DNA from: Eledone cirrhosa
Lineage: Eukaryota
NCBI GenBank assembly: GCA_964016885.1
Contig: OZ024745.1
Span: forward strand, 1,116,001-1,180,000
Direction: 5' to 3'
DNA length: 64,000 bases
Shown: piece by piece, positions 51,419 to 64,000 of the stretch
How positions within the stretch are numbered: position 1 is the stretch's first letter
Layout: the number at the start of each line of letters is the position of its first letter
Position numbers and translations under genes: made by a program
Notes under the pieces: generated by a model
Database searches by the model: none
Seen by the model: only the letters and a program-made list of their open reading frames with translations
What the model was told of the DNA's origin: nothing

Positions 51419-53819
51419 ATATGTACAAATCTCATGAGAACTGAAAAATCTGGAGATACGAATAATAATAATAAACTTGAACTTATCTCAACGGATTCTC
51501 CAAATTATGTATCATATTCAACTAACATGTCTTCCTGCATTTATATACCCCTAGGTTTACCCATGCTTATTTCTAAGTAGTTGTTAGTTGTTTTGTCTTT
51601 TTGAAGTCGCAGCACATGGTATTTTAATTTTAATTTTGGGTCATTAATATAATTAGCATGCAACTAGAAACCAATTTTCTATTGGTGCTTTTATTGGCTA
51701 TATATTACTGTTAATGAGATGTAAAGGTGATCTGTCTGTCTTGAATCTCATTATAATAATGACTTGATTGACAGCAATGGATTAAAAAAAATTTAAGTTG
51801 ATTATCATTTTTTTTTGTAAGGTAGACTCACTATTTTTTACTGTTTATAAGTCATTGGCTTGCAACCAAGCTGCGACATTACCGCCATGGGGTTTTAGTC
51901 CATGATTGAGCTGAGACGATAAAGTGATGTAATCTAAGCTGGCAGGAAGAAACACATACATTTGGTTTGGACTATTTATAGAATATTATTGGAGCATGTT
52001 TGATATGTCCTGCTTGTCTCTACATTTCAAGACACAAACATGTGGTTAAGAAGTTTGCTCCACAACCACATGGTTTGGGATTCCATCTCACTGTGTGGTA
52101 CCACCTTTGACAAGTATAACCTTTAACTGAACAATGTCTTGTGAATGAATTTAGTACATGGAAACTGTGCAGAAACCCTTTGTGCGTGTGTATGTGTCTA
52201 TTTTCTGTTTGTTTGGACGTTGAGTCCTAGAAAGATAGACACAATTAGCAGAGAGAGAGAGAGAGACGAAAGACAGGCAAATGCAGAGGTGTAAGATAAA
52301 ACATCAATTTGAAAAAAATAGTCCTGCATGTCTAAAATCATACAAAATGAATAAAAGATATATGGGCAAAGACGACAGGAAAACAAACGAAACAGAGAGA
52401 GTCCCATCTCATCAGTCGCTCGCTAAAGATACATTGTTTCAGTGCTTTAAGATCGATACACCTGGCTCTAGTGCACAAGGGAGAGTAACAAATAGATAAA
52501 AGACAAATGTATGTATGTCAGCCTGTCTTTAGAGAGGTGTCTTTGTTTCATAACATTTGTTTATTTCCTGCGTAAACAATATGTCTTGCAGCATAACTGT
52601 TTAATGAAGATGAGCGATATGTAAATTCTTGAAAATATAGTATAGGTTGCTGCCAGGAAGAGCATCTAGCTGTTGAAAAACTACCTCAAAAAGTTTTCAA
52701 CCTATAGGAAAGTAAATGTAAAAGAATTGATGATGATTTTAAACTATATTTTTTGTTATTGTGTTGTTGTTTGTGACCCAGTATGTATGTACTTGTTGTT
52801 ATGTATGTTTTAGGATTCAGTAAATCATTTTCTAAGTATGTCAGCATGGAAAACAAATATAAAATGATAATGGTGATGAGGATAATTATTATGACATTAA
52901 AAAGTTTTAAGCTATGTTGTTAAATTGAAAAGAATTTCACTTGTGAATATGTTTATGCCTGACTGGGAGTATTAGTAATCAATTGACACTTTATTTCTTA
53001 ATGTCCTGTACCTCATGAAACCACATTAACAAAACATTCTTGAAAACTACAAAACAACATTATGACTAAATCACATTAAATATTAAAGTATTTACTTTAG
53101 TTTACTGTAAAGTTTCACATCAATATGTTCATTAGTAAAGATACTATAAACATTTGAGGAATTCATCATTAATATCATTGTTGTTTTAACATCCACTTTC
53201 CCTACTAGCAAGGGTTGGACAGGTACATACAGACCAAGTCAATACTGAAGTGGAGCCACTGATCTCCCAAGCAAGCCAGGGATCTGTGTTTCACTTATGT
53301 ATGGTCTCACATTTACCGAGAGCCCAGGAGAGGTTGTCATGCCTTTGGCACAACTGAGAGACCTGAATTATATATAAAGTAAGTTTATATCTTGATAAGT
53401 GCCATGAAGAATGAACACGCTAGTTTATATCTTGATAAGTTCCATGAAGAATGAACACGCTAGATTTAAACTATAGATAATGTTATATTTGTTGATCCAA
53501 TTGATAACAGTTCTTCTCACAATTATACTTTATTAACATGCTGTTCTAAGCATGTCTATGTGCATTTGTGTGTGTATGTATATGTATATATATATATATA
53601 TATAAAGAGGAGAGGCTGTGTGGTTACTGAAAACGAAATGTTAGAAGGTAATTGGGACGTAAACAAGAGAAGGAAAGTTTCCCTTCGTCACCTGTTTACT
53701 ACGGATCTCAGATGTTTCGGCGCTGAAAACAGAACATCGAATATCTCTATATATATAGACACACACAAATAGCATGGAAAATTGATGTTAAACGACGATG
53801 ATGATATATATATATATAT

Positions 53820-54157
53820 ATCATCATCATCATTTCATTTTACGTCCACTTTTTCCCTGCTTGCAAGGGTGGGACGGGAACTGATTCTGGCTTGATTTCT
53901 ACAGCTGGATGCCTTTCCTAACACCCATCTCATTTACAGTGAGTGCTGGGTGCTTTTTTTGCCATGACACCTCCACGACCACTTTACAGTGGAATGATAT
54001 GGACCCCAGTCCCTATCATCTCATTTCTACAGCTGAGTAAACTGGAGCAATTTGAAATAAAGTGTCTTGCTCAAGGGAACAACACATCACCCGGTCTGAG
54101 AATTGAACTCACAACCTTTCGATTGCAAGGCCAATGCTCTAACCAGTAAGCCATGTG

Positions 54158-54160
<3 letters not shown>
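53820..54160 (-). mobile_element. SINE family 1 copy
   Basis: Reverse complement of 16722-17065. Confidence 0.88.
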
Positions 54161-54249
<89 letters not shown>

Positions 54250-54250
<1 letters not shown>

Positions 54251-54755
54251 CACATCAACGTTAAACGTCTGTGTTCCACGCTTGCATGGGTTTGGACGGG
54301 GGTTTTCCCCACCTGAGGCAAGAATGATTATCTTGCTCGCATAGGACTGTCTGGCGGGTTTTCTACAGCTGGATGCCCTTCCTAACACCAACCACATTTA
54401 CAGTGTGGGGCTGGGAGGTTTTTACCGTGTTGCCTACACGGCCACATTACAGCGTGGACTGTTTTTTTACGTGACACCTACACGATCTCATTTGTTTCGG
54501 CCTGGATGTTGTGGCACCAACATAACTTTACATTGAAAGGGGCGGTGTGGATGGGGTGGGGGTGGTGGGACGGGGGTGTATTTTGTTAGAGATGCCTACT
54601 GACTGTAGTAGGTTTTACTTTGTATTTAGGTAAGGCGGGGCTTCTCTATTACTGAGTACCGCCAAAGGTCTCGGTCCAGTGACATTGTCTTGGTGAGGTG
54701 TAAGTGTGTGAGGTCGGAATTTATCAGCTCGTCCCAGGTTTTTCTGGGTCTGCCT

Positions 54756-54756
<1 letters not shown>
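54250..54756 (-). mobile_element. RTE subfamily A 3' end
   Basis: [14 protein letters not shown]... plus UTR, truncated into (TA)n. Confidence 0.9.
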
Positions 54757-55450
<694 letters not shown>

Positions 55451-55455
<5 letters not shown>

Positions 55456-56145
55456 CCACGTGATATCTAATGTTTTGCAATGTGAAACTGTACAGTTAGG
55501 GCCATTTGAATAGGTAAATATTTATATTATATTTTTTAATTTTGATTAATTTTAATTGTATATTAATTTTGATTTATTTTGAAAAATTGGTTGAATTTTA
55601 CTTCTTCTGCTTATCTTGATATTAAGTTCTGGTATATCAAATTATTACCATAGAACCACCTTAAATCATAGACACACTATATATTTCCGGGGGTACATTG
55701 TACCCTCAGATATATATTAACCTTATTCAATATTCTCCAGTATGTAGAGAAAAATCCTGTCGTTCTATTTAGTTGCTAAAAATCTTTTTTGGTAGCGATC
55801 ATAGACGGCTAGTCTACGATTTCCCGCCTTCACTATACACCAACGTATTTATGGGTCACTTTCACGACCTTTCAGACCTGTATTAGTTGGAGTGAGGTCA
55901 TATATTTTGTCGTTCCTGGGGTTTTAACCCTAGGATAGGAAAATGCTTCTCTGATGATCTTTGCTTTTCCATTAATATCCACGTGATATCTAATGTTTTG
56001 CAACGTGAAACTGTACAGTTAGGGCCATTTGAATAGGTAAATATTTATATTATATTTTTTAATTTTGATTAATTTTAGTTGTATATTAATTTTGATTTAT
56101 TTTGAAAAATTGGTTGAATTTTACTTCTTCTGCTTATCTTGATAT
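55451..56145 (+). mobile_element. 523-bp non-coding unit in partial tandem carrying a hammerhead motif (retrozyme- or pLTR-like)
   Basis: ~170-bp direct repeats at 55451-55622 and 55974-56145. HHR at 55941-56030: AAAUGCUUCU CUGAUGA ...stem II... GAAA CUGUACAG UU AGGGCCAUUU. Confidence 0.65.
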
Positions 56146-56630
56146 ATATAATATTTACCACTGCGATTCTGTGTTTTTTTCTCTCTCTCTTACTGTTCCC
56201 CCATTCTCTCTGTTTCTCCCCCTCTGTCTTGTCCGTTAACTCTTCCTCACACTTTCACTCACTCACTGTTTTTCTCCCTCTTCTCTTCATTTCATCCTGC
56301 ACTCATGAACGCTATTTTTTCTCTCTCTGCTCAATAGCTTTCGTTTGTGTTGGTACTATTCTCTCAGCTCTCATATATTCACCTAGCTTATGCTAAACGA
56401 ATAATTTTTGAAGCTTGTCTCTCCCCTAAGGTATGCTATATTTTCTGTTGTTCTCCTGTCTCACTCGCTTTACGCGTTTTAATTGTCCTAATAACTTATT
56501 TTGGTTATTATTGCACCGAAGTGAGATATATGATTTTTAATGCAATGAAATATCTATGATCTTCGGCAAATCACTGATGAGGGACTTATTTTATTACATG
56601 TTACCATGTGCGACCTGCAGTATTTTTCTC

Positions 56631-56660
<30 letters not shown>

Positions 56661-56662
<2 letters not shown>

Positions 56663-56835
56663 GGCAGACCCAGAAAAACCTGGGACGAGCTGATAAATTC
56701 CGACCTCACACACTTACACCTCACCAAGACAATGTCAGTGGACCGAGACCTTTGGCGGTACTCAGTAATAGAGAAGACCCGCCTTACCTAAATACAAAGT
56801 AAAACCTACTACAGTCAGTAGGCATCTCTAACAAA

Positions 56836-56869
<34 letters not shown>

Positions 56870-56902
56870 GTATACACATATATATATACATATATATACA
56901 TA

Positions 56903-56933
<31 letters not shown>

Positions 56934-58768
56934 GTTTAACGTCCATGTTCCATGCTTGCATGGGTTTGGACGGGAGTTTTCCCACTTGAGGCAAGAGTGG
57001 TTGTCTTGCTCGCATGGGACTGTCTGGCGGGTTTTCTACAGTTGGATGCCCTTCCTAACACCAACCACATTTACAGTGTGGGTCTGGGAGGTTTTTACCG
57101 TGTTGCCTACACGGCCACATTACAGCGTGGACTGTATTTTTTTTTCGTGACACCTACACGATGTCATTTGTTACGGCCTGGATTTTGTGGCACCAACATA
57201 ACTTTACATTGAAAGGGGCGGTGTGGATGGGGTGGGGGTGGTGGGACGGGGGTGTATTTTGTTAGAGATGCCTACTGACTGTAGTAATATATATATATAC
57301 ATATCATCATCATCATCATCATCAACGTTTAACGTCCGTGTTCCATGCTTGCATGGGTTTGGACGGGGGTAGTCCCACTTGAGGCAAGAGTGATTTTCTT
57401 GCTCGCATAGGACTGTCTGGCAGGTTTTCTATAGTTGGATGCCCTTCCTAACACCAACCACATTTACAGTGTGGGTCTGGGAGGTTTTTACCGTGTTGCC
57501 TACACGGCCACATTACAGCGTGTACTGTGTGTTTTTTTGTCGTGACACCTACACGATCTCATTTGTTTCGGCCTGGATGGCGCGGCACCAACATAACTTT
57601 ACATAGAACGGGGTGGTGTGGATGGGGTGGTGGTGGTGGTGGGACGGGGTGTATTTTGTTAGAGATGCCTACTGGGAAGGCGGGTCTTCTCTATTACTGA
57701 GTACCGCCAAAGGTCTCGGTCCAGTGACATTGTCTTGGTGAGGTGTAAGTGTGTGAGGTCGGAGTTTATCAGCTCGTCCCAGGTTTTTCTGGGTCTGCCT
57801 ATTCCGTGGCTACCGTCTATCTTTATTGCCCTGCATTTTGTTATACAGCTATCATCCTTCATGCGCATCACGTGACCATACCAACGTAGCCTTCTCTCTA
57901 GTAAACAACATCTGATCCCTCTTATTTCTAATTTTTTCCTTAGTTCGTTTATGCTTTGTCGTTCACGTATATTACTATTACACATCCAGCGGAGCATGCA
58001 AGCTTCGTTTCTCTCTAGTCTGCGTATATCCTCTGCACACAATGCCCAGGTCTCACTGCCATGCAACATTGCTGTTCGTATGCAGGCATCGTACAGCCTG
58101 CCTTTCATTTTTAGGGAGAACCCTTTAGCGGCTAATAGTGGTATAAGCTCTCTGAACTTTTTCCACCCAGTTCTGACTCTAGCTACTGTACTTTCAGAGC
58201 ACCCTCCCCCACTGCTGATTTTGTCACCCAGGTAACGGAAGCTGTCCACTATTTCTATAGAACTCTCTTCGCAGTTGAAAGAGCTAGTATTTTGTGGGCA
58301 CTTGCTGCTACTTATATTCCCAGAACACCGGCCACATGTAAAATCTATGTTCTTAGTTAGCTTACCTGTGATCCCACTACATCTTTTATGCACCCAAACT
58401 TTGCATTTGGGACACAAAATGGAATTTCTACCTACGCCTTTCCTACACTCTGCGCATGGCCACTTCCCCGAGGGGACCGCCGCCTTATTTTCTTTCTTAC
58501 AAACTAGAACTTTAGTCTTAGCTAGGGTAATTTTAAGGCCTTTTGATTCTAGGCCGTGCTTCCATGTTTGGAATTTCTTCTCTAGCTCGGCCATTGATTC
58601 AGCTATGAGCGTTAGATCATCTGCGTATAGGAGTTCCCATGGGCAGCTGGTCTTGAACTCCACTGTTATAGCCTGGAGGGCAATAATAAATAGTAGGGGG
58701 CTAAGAACAGAGCCCTGATGAACACCAACTTTTACACTAAACTCTTCACTATATGTATATATATATAC

Positions 58769-58829
<61 letters not shown>

Positions 58830-59197
58830 GGCATCTCTAACAAAATACACCCTGTCCCACCACCACCACCCCCACCCCATCCACACCACCCCGCTCTATG
58901 TAAAGTTATGTTGGTGCCGCGCCATCCAGGCCGAAACAAATGACATCGTGTAGGTGTCACGACAAAAAAACACACAGTCCACGCTGTAATGTGGCCGTGT
59001 AGGCAGCACGGTAAAAACCTCCCAGACCCACACTGTAAACGTGGTTGGTGTTAGGAAGGGCATCCAACTGTAGAAAACCTGCCAGACAGTCCTATGCGAG
59101 CAAGACAATCACTCTTGCCTCAAGTGGGACTACCCCCGTCCAAACCCATGCAAGCGTGGAACACGGACGTTAAACGTTGATGATGATGATGATGATG
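56661..59197. mobile_element. Cluster of RTE subfamily A fragments in both orientations
   Basis: 56661-56836 (+), 56903-57287 (-), 57303-58751 (-, open from EEFSVKVGVHQG through YADD to the stop), 58828-59197 (+), separated by (TA)n. Confidence 0.9.
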
Positions 59198-59236
59198 ATA
59201 TATATATATATATACATATATATACATATATATACA

Positions 59237-59270
<34 letters not shown>

Positions 59271-59280
59271 AATATACATA

Positions 59281-59314
<34 letters not shown>

Positions 59315-59327
59315 CATATATATATAC

Positions 59328-59419
<92 letters not shown>

Positions 59420-59424
59420 TATAT

Positions 59425-59511
<87 letters not shown>

Positions 59512-59514
59512 TAT

Positions 59515-59866
59515 TCATCATCATCATCATTCATTCATCATCATTTTACGTCCACTTTTCCCTGCTTGCAAGGGTGGGACGGGAACTGATTCTGGCTTGA
59601 TTTCTACAGCTGGATGCCCTTCCTAACACCAACCTCATTTACAGCGAATGCTGGGTGCTTTTTGCCGTGACACCTCCACAACCACTTTACAGTGGAATGA
59701 TAGGGACCCCAGTCCCTATCATCTCATTTCTACAGCTGAGTAAACTGGAGCAATGTGAAATAAAGTGTCTTGCTCAAGGAAACAACACATCACCCCCGGT
59801 CTGAGAATTGAACTCACAACCTTTAGATTGCAAGGCCAATGCTCTAACCACTAAGCCATGTGCCTA
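59515..59866 (-). mobile_element. SINE family 1 copy
   Basis: Reverse complement of 16722-17065. Confidence 0.88.
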
Positions 59867-60675
59867 TACATGGCTTAGTGATTAGAGCATTGGCCTTGCA
59901 GAGTATTCCGCAGTTCACTGTAATAATAATACTATTATTAGCTCAAAGAAGAATAGAGAATTTCCTTCCGAGCTCAAATGTAAGTATATATTACACAAAG
60001 AGCTGGTTTTTTTCTATTTAATTGCTTACCTGTAGATATTGTTCCCTATACAGTAACGGTAAAATCACTTGTATAAAAACATATATATAGGAGACGATCG
60101 ACTTTCGTCAAATCGGACCGAGGGAACAATGTTTCCGTTGGTCTTTCCAATTGCTAATACTATCTATCGGTCGCAACTCCAGGTAGAAGGAGCAACGTGA
60201 AATAAAGTGTGTTGCTCAAGGACATAACGCGTCGCCTGGTCCAGGAATCGAACTCACAACCTTATGATTGCGATATATATATATATATAAAAACATAAAT
60301 TACCGAGATTCGCATTTTGGCCCACGAAATAATGAAAAACAACCTCCGATGTGTGAGGCAAGTGCTCAATGATTCAGATGAACCAAAGCTATAACAAACG
60401 TTAAAGGCCAAACACACCGAGACGATGGTCAAACAATCATTCGCATAGCCAAAAAAACGATCAAGTAATTCGGGTATTGAAAATATACCCGGACCCCTGG
60501 AAGGTTGGTAAAATCCAGTATTTCGGTTTCTGCGGCTCCTAAATCAAGTACCGTCCGCTTACATAAAAAATGTCAGGCTTCTGGTAAGATGATTGAACAA
60601 CGAAGCCACTTTCTCAACAGGTTTTAGTTCAATGTTAATACAAGGACTGACTATTGCTAACTCCATATATATATA

Positions 60676-60747
60676 TGGCTTAGTGGTTAGAGTATTGGCC
60701 TTGCAATCGAAAGGTTGTGGGTTCAATTCTCAGACCGGGGGTGATGT
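60676..60747 (+). promoter_or_regulatory. SINE family 1 tRNA-like head (Pol III A/B boxes) abutting the satellite
   Basis: TGGCTTAGTGG ... GGTTCAATTC ... GACCGGGGGTGATGT, then the satellite. Confidence 0.75.
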
Positions 60748-63700
60748 AAAGTAATGTTTCCAACCCTGTCTGTGGGTATAAAGTAATGTTTCCAACCCTG
60801 TCTGTGGGTGTAAAGTAATGTTTCTAACCCTGTCTGTGGGTGTAAAGTAATGTTTCTAACCCTGTCTGTGGGTGTAAAGTAATGTTTCTAACCCTGTCTG
60901 TGGGTGTAAAGTAATGTTTCCAACCCTGTCTGTGGGTATAAGGTAATGTTTCTAACCCTGACTGTGGGTATAAGGTAATGTTTCCAACCCTGTCTGTGGG
61001 TGTAAAGTAATGTTTCTAACCCTGTCTGTGGGTGTAAGGTAATGTTTCTAACCCTGTCTGTGGGTGTAAAGTAATGTTTCTAACCCTGTCTGTGGGTGTA
61101 AAGTAATGTTTCCAACCCTGTCTGTGGGTGTAAAGTAATGTTTCCAACCCTGTCTGTGGGTGTAAAGTAATGTTTCTAACCCTGTCTGTGGGTGTAAAGT
61201 AATGTTTCTAACCCTGTCTGTGGGTATAAGGTAATGTTTCTAACCCTGTCTGTGGGTGTAAAGTAATGTTTCTAACCCTGTCTGTGGGTGTAAAGTAATG
61301 TTTCCAACCCTGTCTGTGGGTATAAGGTAATGTTTCTAACCCTGTCTGTGGGTGTAAGGTAATGTTTCTAACCCTGTCTGTGGGTGTAAAGTAATGTTTC
61401 TAACCCTGTCTGTGGGTGTAAGGTAATGTTTCTAACCCTGTCTGTGGGTGTAAAGTAATGTTTCTAACCCTGTCTGTGGGTGTACAGTAATGTTTCTAAC
61501 CCTGTCTGTGGGTATATGGTAATGTTTCTAACCCTGTCTGTGGGTGTAAAGTAATGTTTCTAACCCTGTCTGTGGATGTAAAGTAATGTTTCTAACCCTG
61601 TCTGTGGGTATAAGGTAATGTTTCTAACCCTGTCTGTGGGTATAAGGTAATGTTTCTAACCCTGTCTGTGGGTGTACAGTAATGTTTCTAACCCTGTCTG
61701 TGGGTATATGGTAATGTTTCTAACCCTGTCTGTGGGTGTAAAGTAATGTTTCTAACCCTGTCTGTGGATGTAAAGTAATGTTTCTAACCCTGTCTGTGGG
61801 TATAAGGTAATGTTTCTAACCCTGTCTGTGGGTATAAGGTAATGTTTCTAACCCTGTCTGTGGGTGTAAAGTAATGTTTCTAACCCTGTCTGTGGGTGTA
61901 AAGTAATGTTTCTAACCCTGTCTGTGGATGTAAAGTAATGTTTCTAACCCTGTCTGTGGGTATAAAGTAATGTTTCCAACCCTGTCTGTGGGTGTAAAGT
62001 AATGTTTCTAACCCTGTCTGTGGGTGTAAAGTAATGTTTCTAACCCTGTCTGTGGGTGTAAAGTAATGTTTCTAACCCTGTCTGTGGGTATAAAGTAATG
62101 TTTCTAACCCTGTCTGTGGATGTAAAGTAATGTTTCTAACCCTGTCTGTGGGTGTAAAGTAATGTTTCTAACCCTGTCTGTGGGTGTACAGTAATGTTTC
62201 TAACCCTGTCTGTGGGTGTAAAGTAATGTTTCTAACCCTGTCTGTGGGTGTACAGTAATGTTTCTAACCCTGTCTGTGGATGTAAAGTAATGTTTCTAAC
62301 CCTGTCTGTGGGTATAAAGTAATGTTTCTAACCCTGTCTGTGGATGTAAAGTAATGTTTCTAACCCTGTCTGTGGGTGTAAAGTAATGTTTCCAACCCTG
62401 TCTGTGGGTATAAGGTAATGTTTCTAACCCTGTCTGTGGATGTAAAGTAATGTTTCTAACCCTGTCTGTGGGTATAAAGTAATGTTTCTAACCCTGTCTG
62501 TGGGTGTAAAGTAATGTTTCTAACCCTGTCTGTGGGTATAAGGTAATGTTTCTAACCCTGTCTGTGGATGTAAAGTAATGTTTCTAACCCTGTCTGTGGG
62601 TGTAAAGTAATGTTTCTAACCCTGTCTGTGGGTGTACAGTAATGTTTCTAACCCTGTCTGTGGGTATATGGTAATGTTTCTAACCCTGTCTGTGGGTGTA
62701 CAGTAATGTTTCTAACCCTGTCTGTGGGTATATGGTAATGTTTCTAACCCTGTCTGTGGGTGTAAAGTAATGTTTCTAACCCTGTCTGTGGGTATATGGT
62801 AATGTTTCTAACCCTGTCTGTGGGTGTAAAGTAATGTTTCTAACCCTGTCTGTGGGTGTACAGTAATGTTTCTAACCCTGTCTGTGGGTGTAAAGTAATG
62901 TTTCTAACCCTGTCTGTGGGTGTAAAGTAATGTTTCCAACCCTGTCTGTGGGTATAAAGTAATGTTTCTAACCCTGTCTGTGGGTGTAAAGTAATGTTTC
63001 CAACCCTGTCTGTGGGTGTAAAGTAATGTTTCTAACCCTGTCTGTGGGTGTAAAGTAATGTTTCTAACCCTGTCTGTGGGTATAAAGTAATGTTTCTAAC
63101 CCTGTCTGTGGGTGTACAGTAATGTTTCTAACCCTGTCTGTGGGTGTAAAGTAATGTTTCTAACCCTGTCTGTGGGTGTAAAGTAATGTTTCTAACCCTG
63201 TCTGTGGGTGTAAAGTAATGTTTCTAACCCTGACTGTGGGTGTAAAGTAATGTTTCTAACCCTGTCTGTGGGTGTACAGTAATGTTTCTAACCCTGACTG
63301 TGGGTGTAGAGTAATGTTTCTAACACTGTCTGTGGGTGTACAGTAATGTTTCTAACCCTGTCTGTGGGTGTAAAGTAATGTTTCTAACCCTGTCTGTGGG
63401 TGTACAGTAATGTTTCTAACCCTGACTGTGGGTGTAAAGTAATGTTTCTAACCCTGACTGTGGGTGTAAAGTAATGTTTCTAACCCTGACTGTGGGTGTA
63501 AAGTAATGTTTCTAACCCTGTCTGTGGGTGTACAGTAATGTTTCCAACCCTGTCTGTGGGTGTAAAGTAATGTTTCTAACCCTGTCTGTGGGTGTACAGT
63601 AATGTTTCTAACCCTGACTGTGGGTATAAAGTAATGTTTCTAACCCTGACTGTGGGTATAAAGTAATGTTTCTAACCCTGTCTGTGGGTGTAAAGTAATG

Positions 63701-64000
63701 TTTCTAACCCTGTCTGTGGGTGTACAGTAATGTTTCTAACCCTGTCTGTGGGTATATGGTAATGTTTCTAACCCTGTCTGTGGGTGTAAAGTAATGTTTC
63801 TAACCCTGTCTGTGGGTGTAAAGTAATGTTTCTAACCCTGTCTGTGGGTATATGGTAATGTTTCTAACCCTGTCTGTGGGTGTAAAGTAATGTTTCTAAC
63901 CCTGTCTGTGGGTGTAAAGTAATGTTTCTAACCCTGTCTGTGGGTGTAAGGTAATGTTTCTAACCCTGTCTGTGGGTGTAAAGTAATGTTTCTAACCCTG
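60746..64000. repeat. 32-bp satellite, ~100 copies, runs off the window end
   Basis: Unit GTAAAGTAATGTTTCTAACCCTGTCTGTGGGT with point variants. Confidence 0.97.

Noticed and set aside
56510-56590. Possible permuted hammerhead (UGAUUU...AAAUCA CUGAUGA GGGAC)
   Set aside because: GAAG instead of GAAA and no convincing stem II or III; at best a decayed relic.

Overview
AT-rich, intron- and repeat-dominated animal genomic DNA; the repeat repertoire suggests an octopod cephalopod (inference). Two divergent host genes are present: a GKAP1-like gene on the - strand (six phase-consistent GT-AG exons from 26691 down to 105, continuing off the left edge) and the first coding exon of a GOLM1/GOLM2(CASC4)-like Golgi type II membrane protein on the + strand (38863-39249). 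The rest is mobile DNA: many RTE-clade LINE fragments carrying an internal Cys/His finger and a (GAT)n tail, two tRNA-derived SINE families, CR1 and mariner relics, a non-autonomous Helitron, piggyBac-like and other MITEs, and 28-, 61- and 32-bp satellites. The most notable signal is a set of type I hammerhead ribozyme motifs read by eye at four unrelated loci. One pair sits in a ~2-kb fold-back Penelope-like (GIY-YIG) element, one has a ~120-nt stem II, one is solitary, and one lies in a 523-bp non-coding partial tandem unit that resembles a retrozyme. A SINE Pol III head is also fused to a terminator-free 32-bp satellite that carries a telomere-like motif. All calls are from manual reading; no searches or folding computations were run, and repeat boundaries are approximate.
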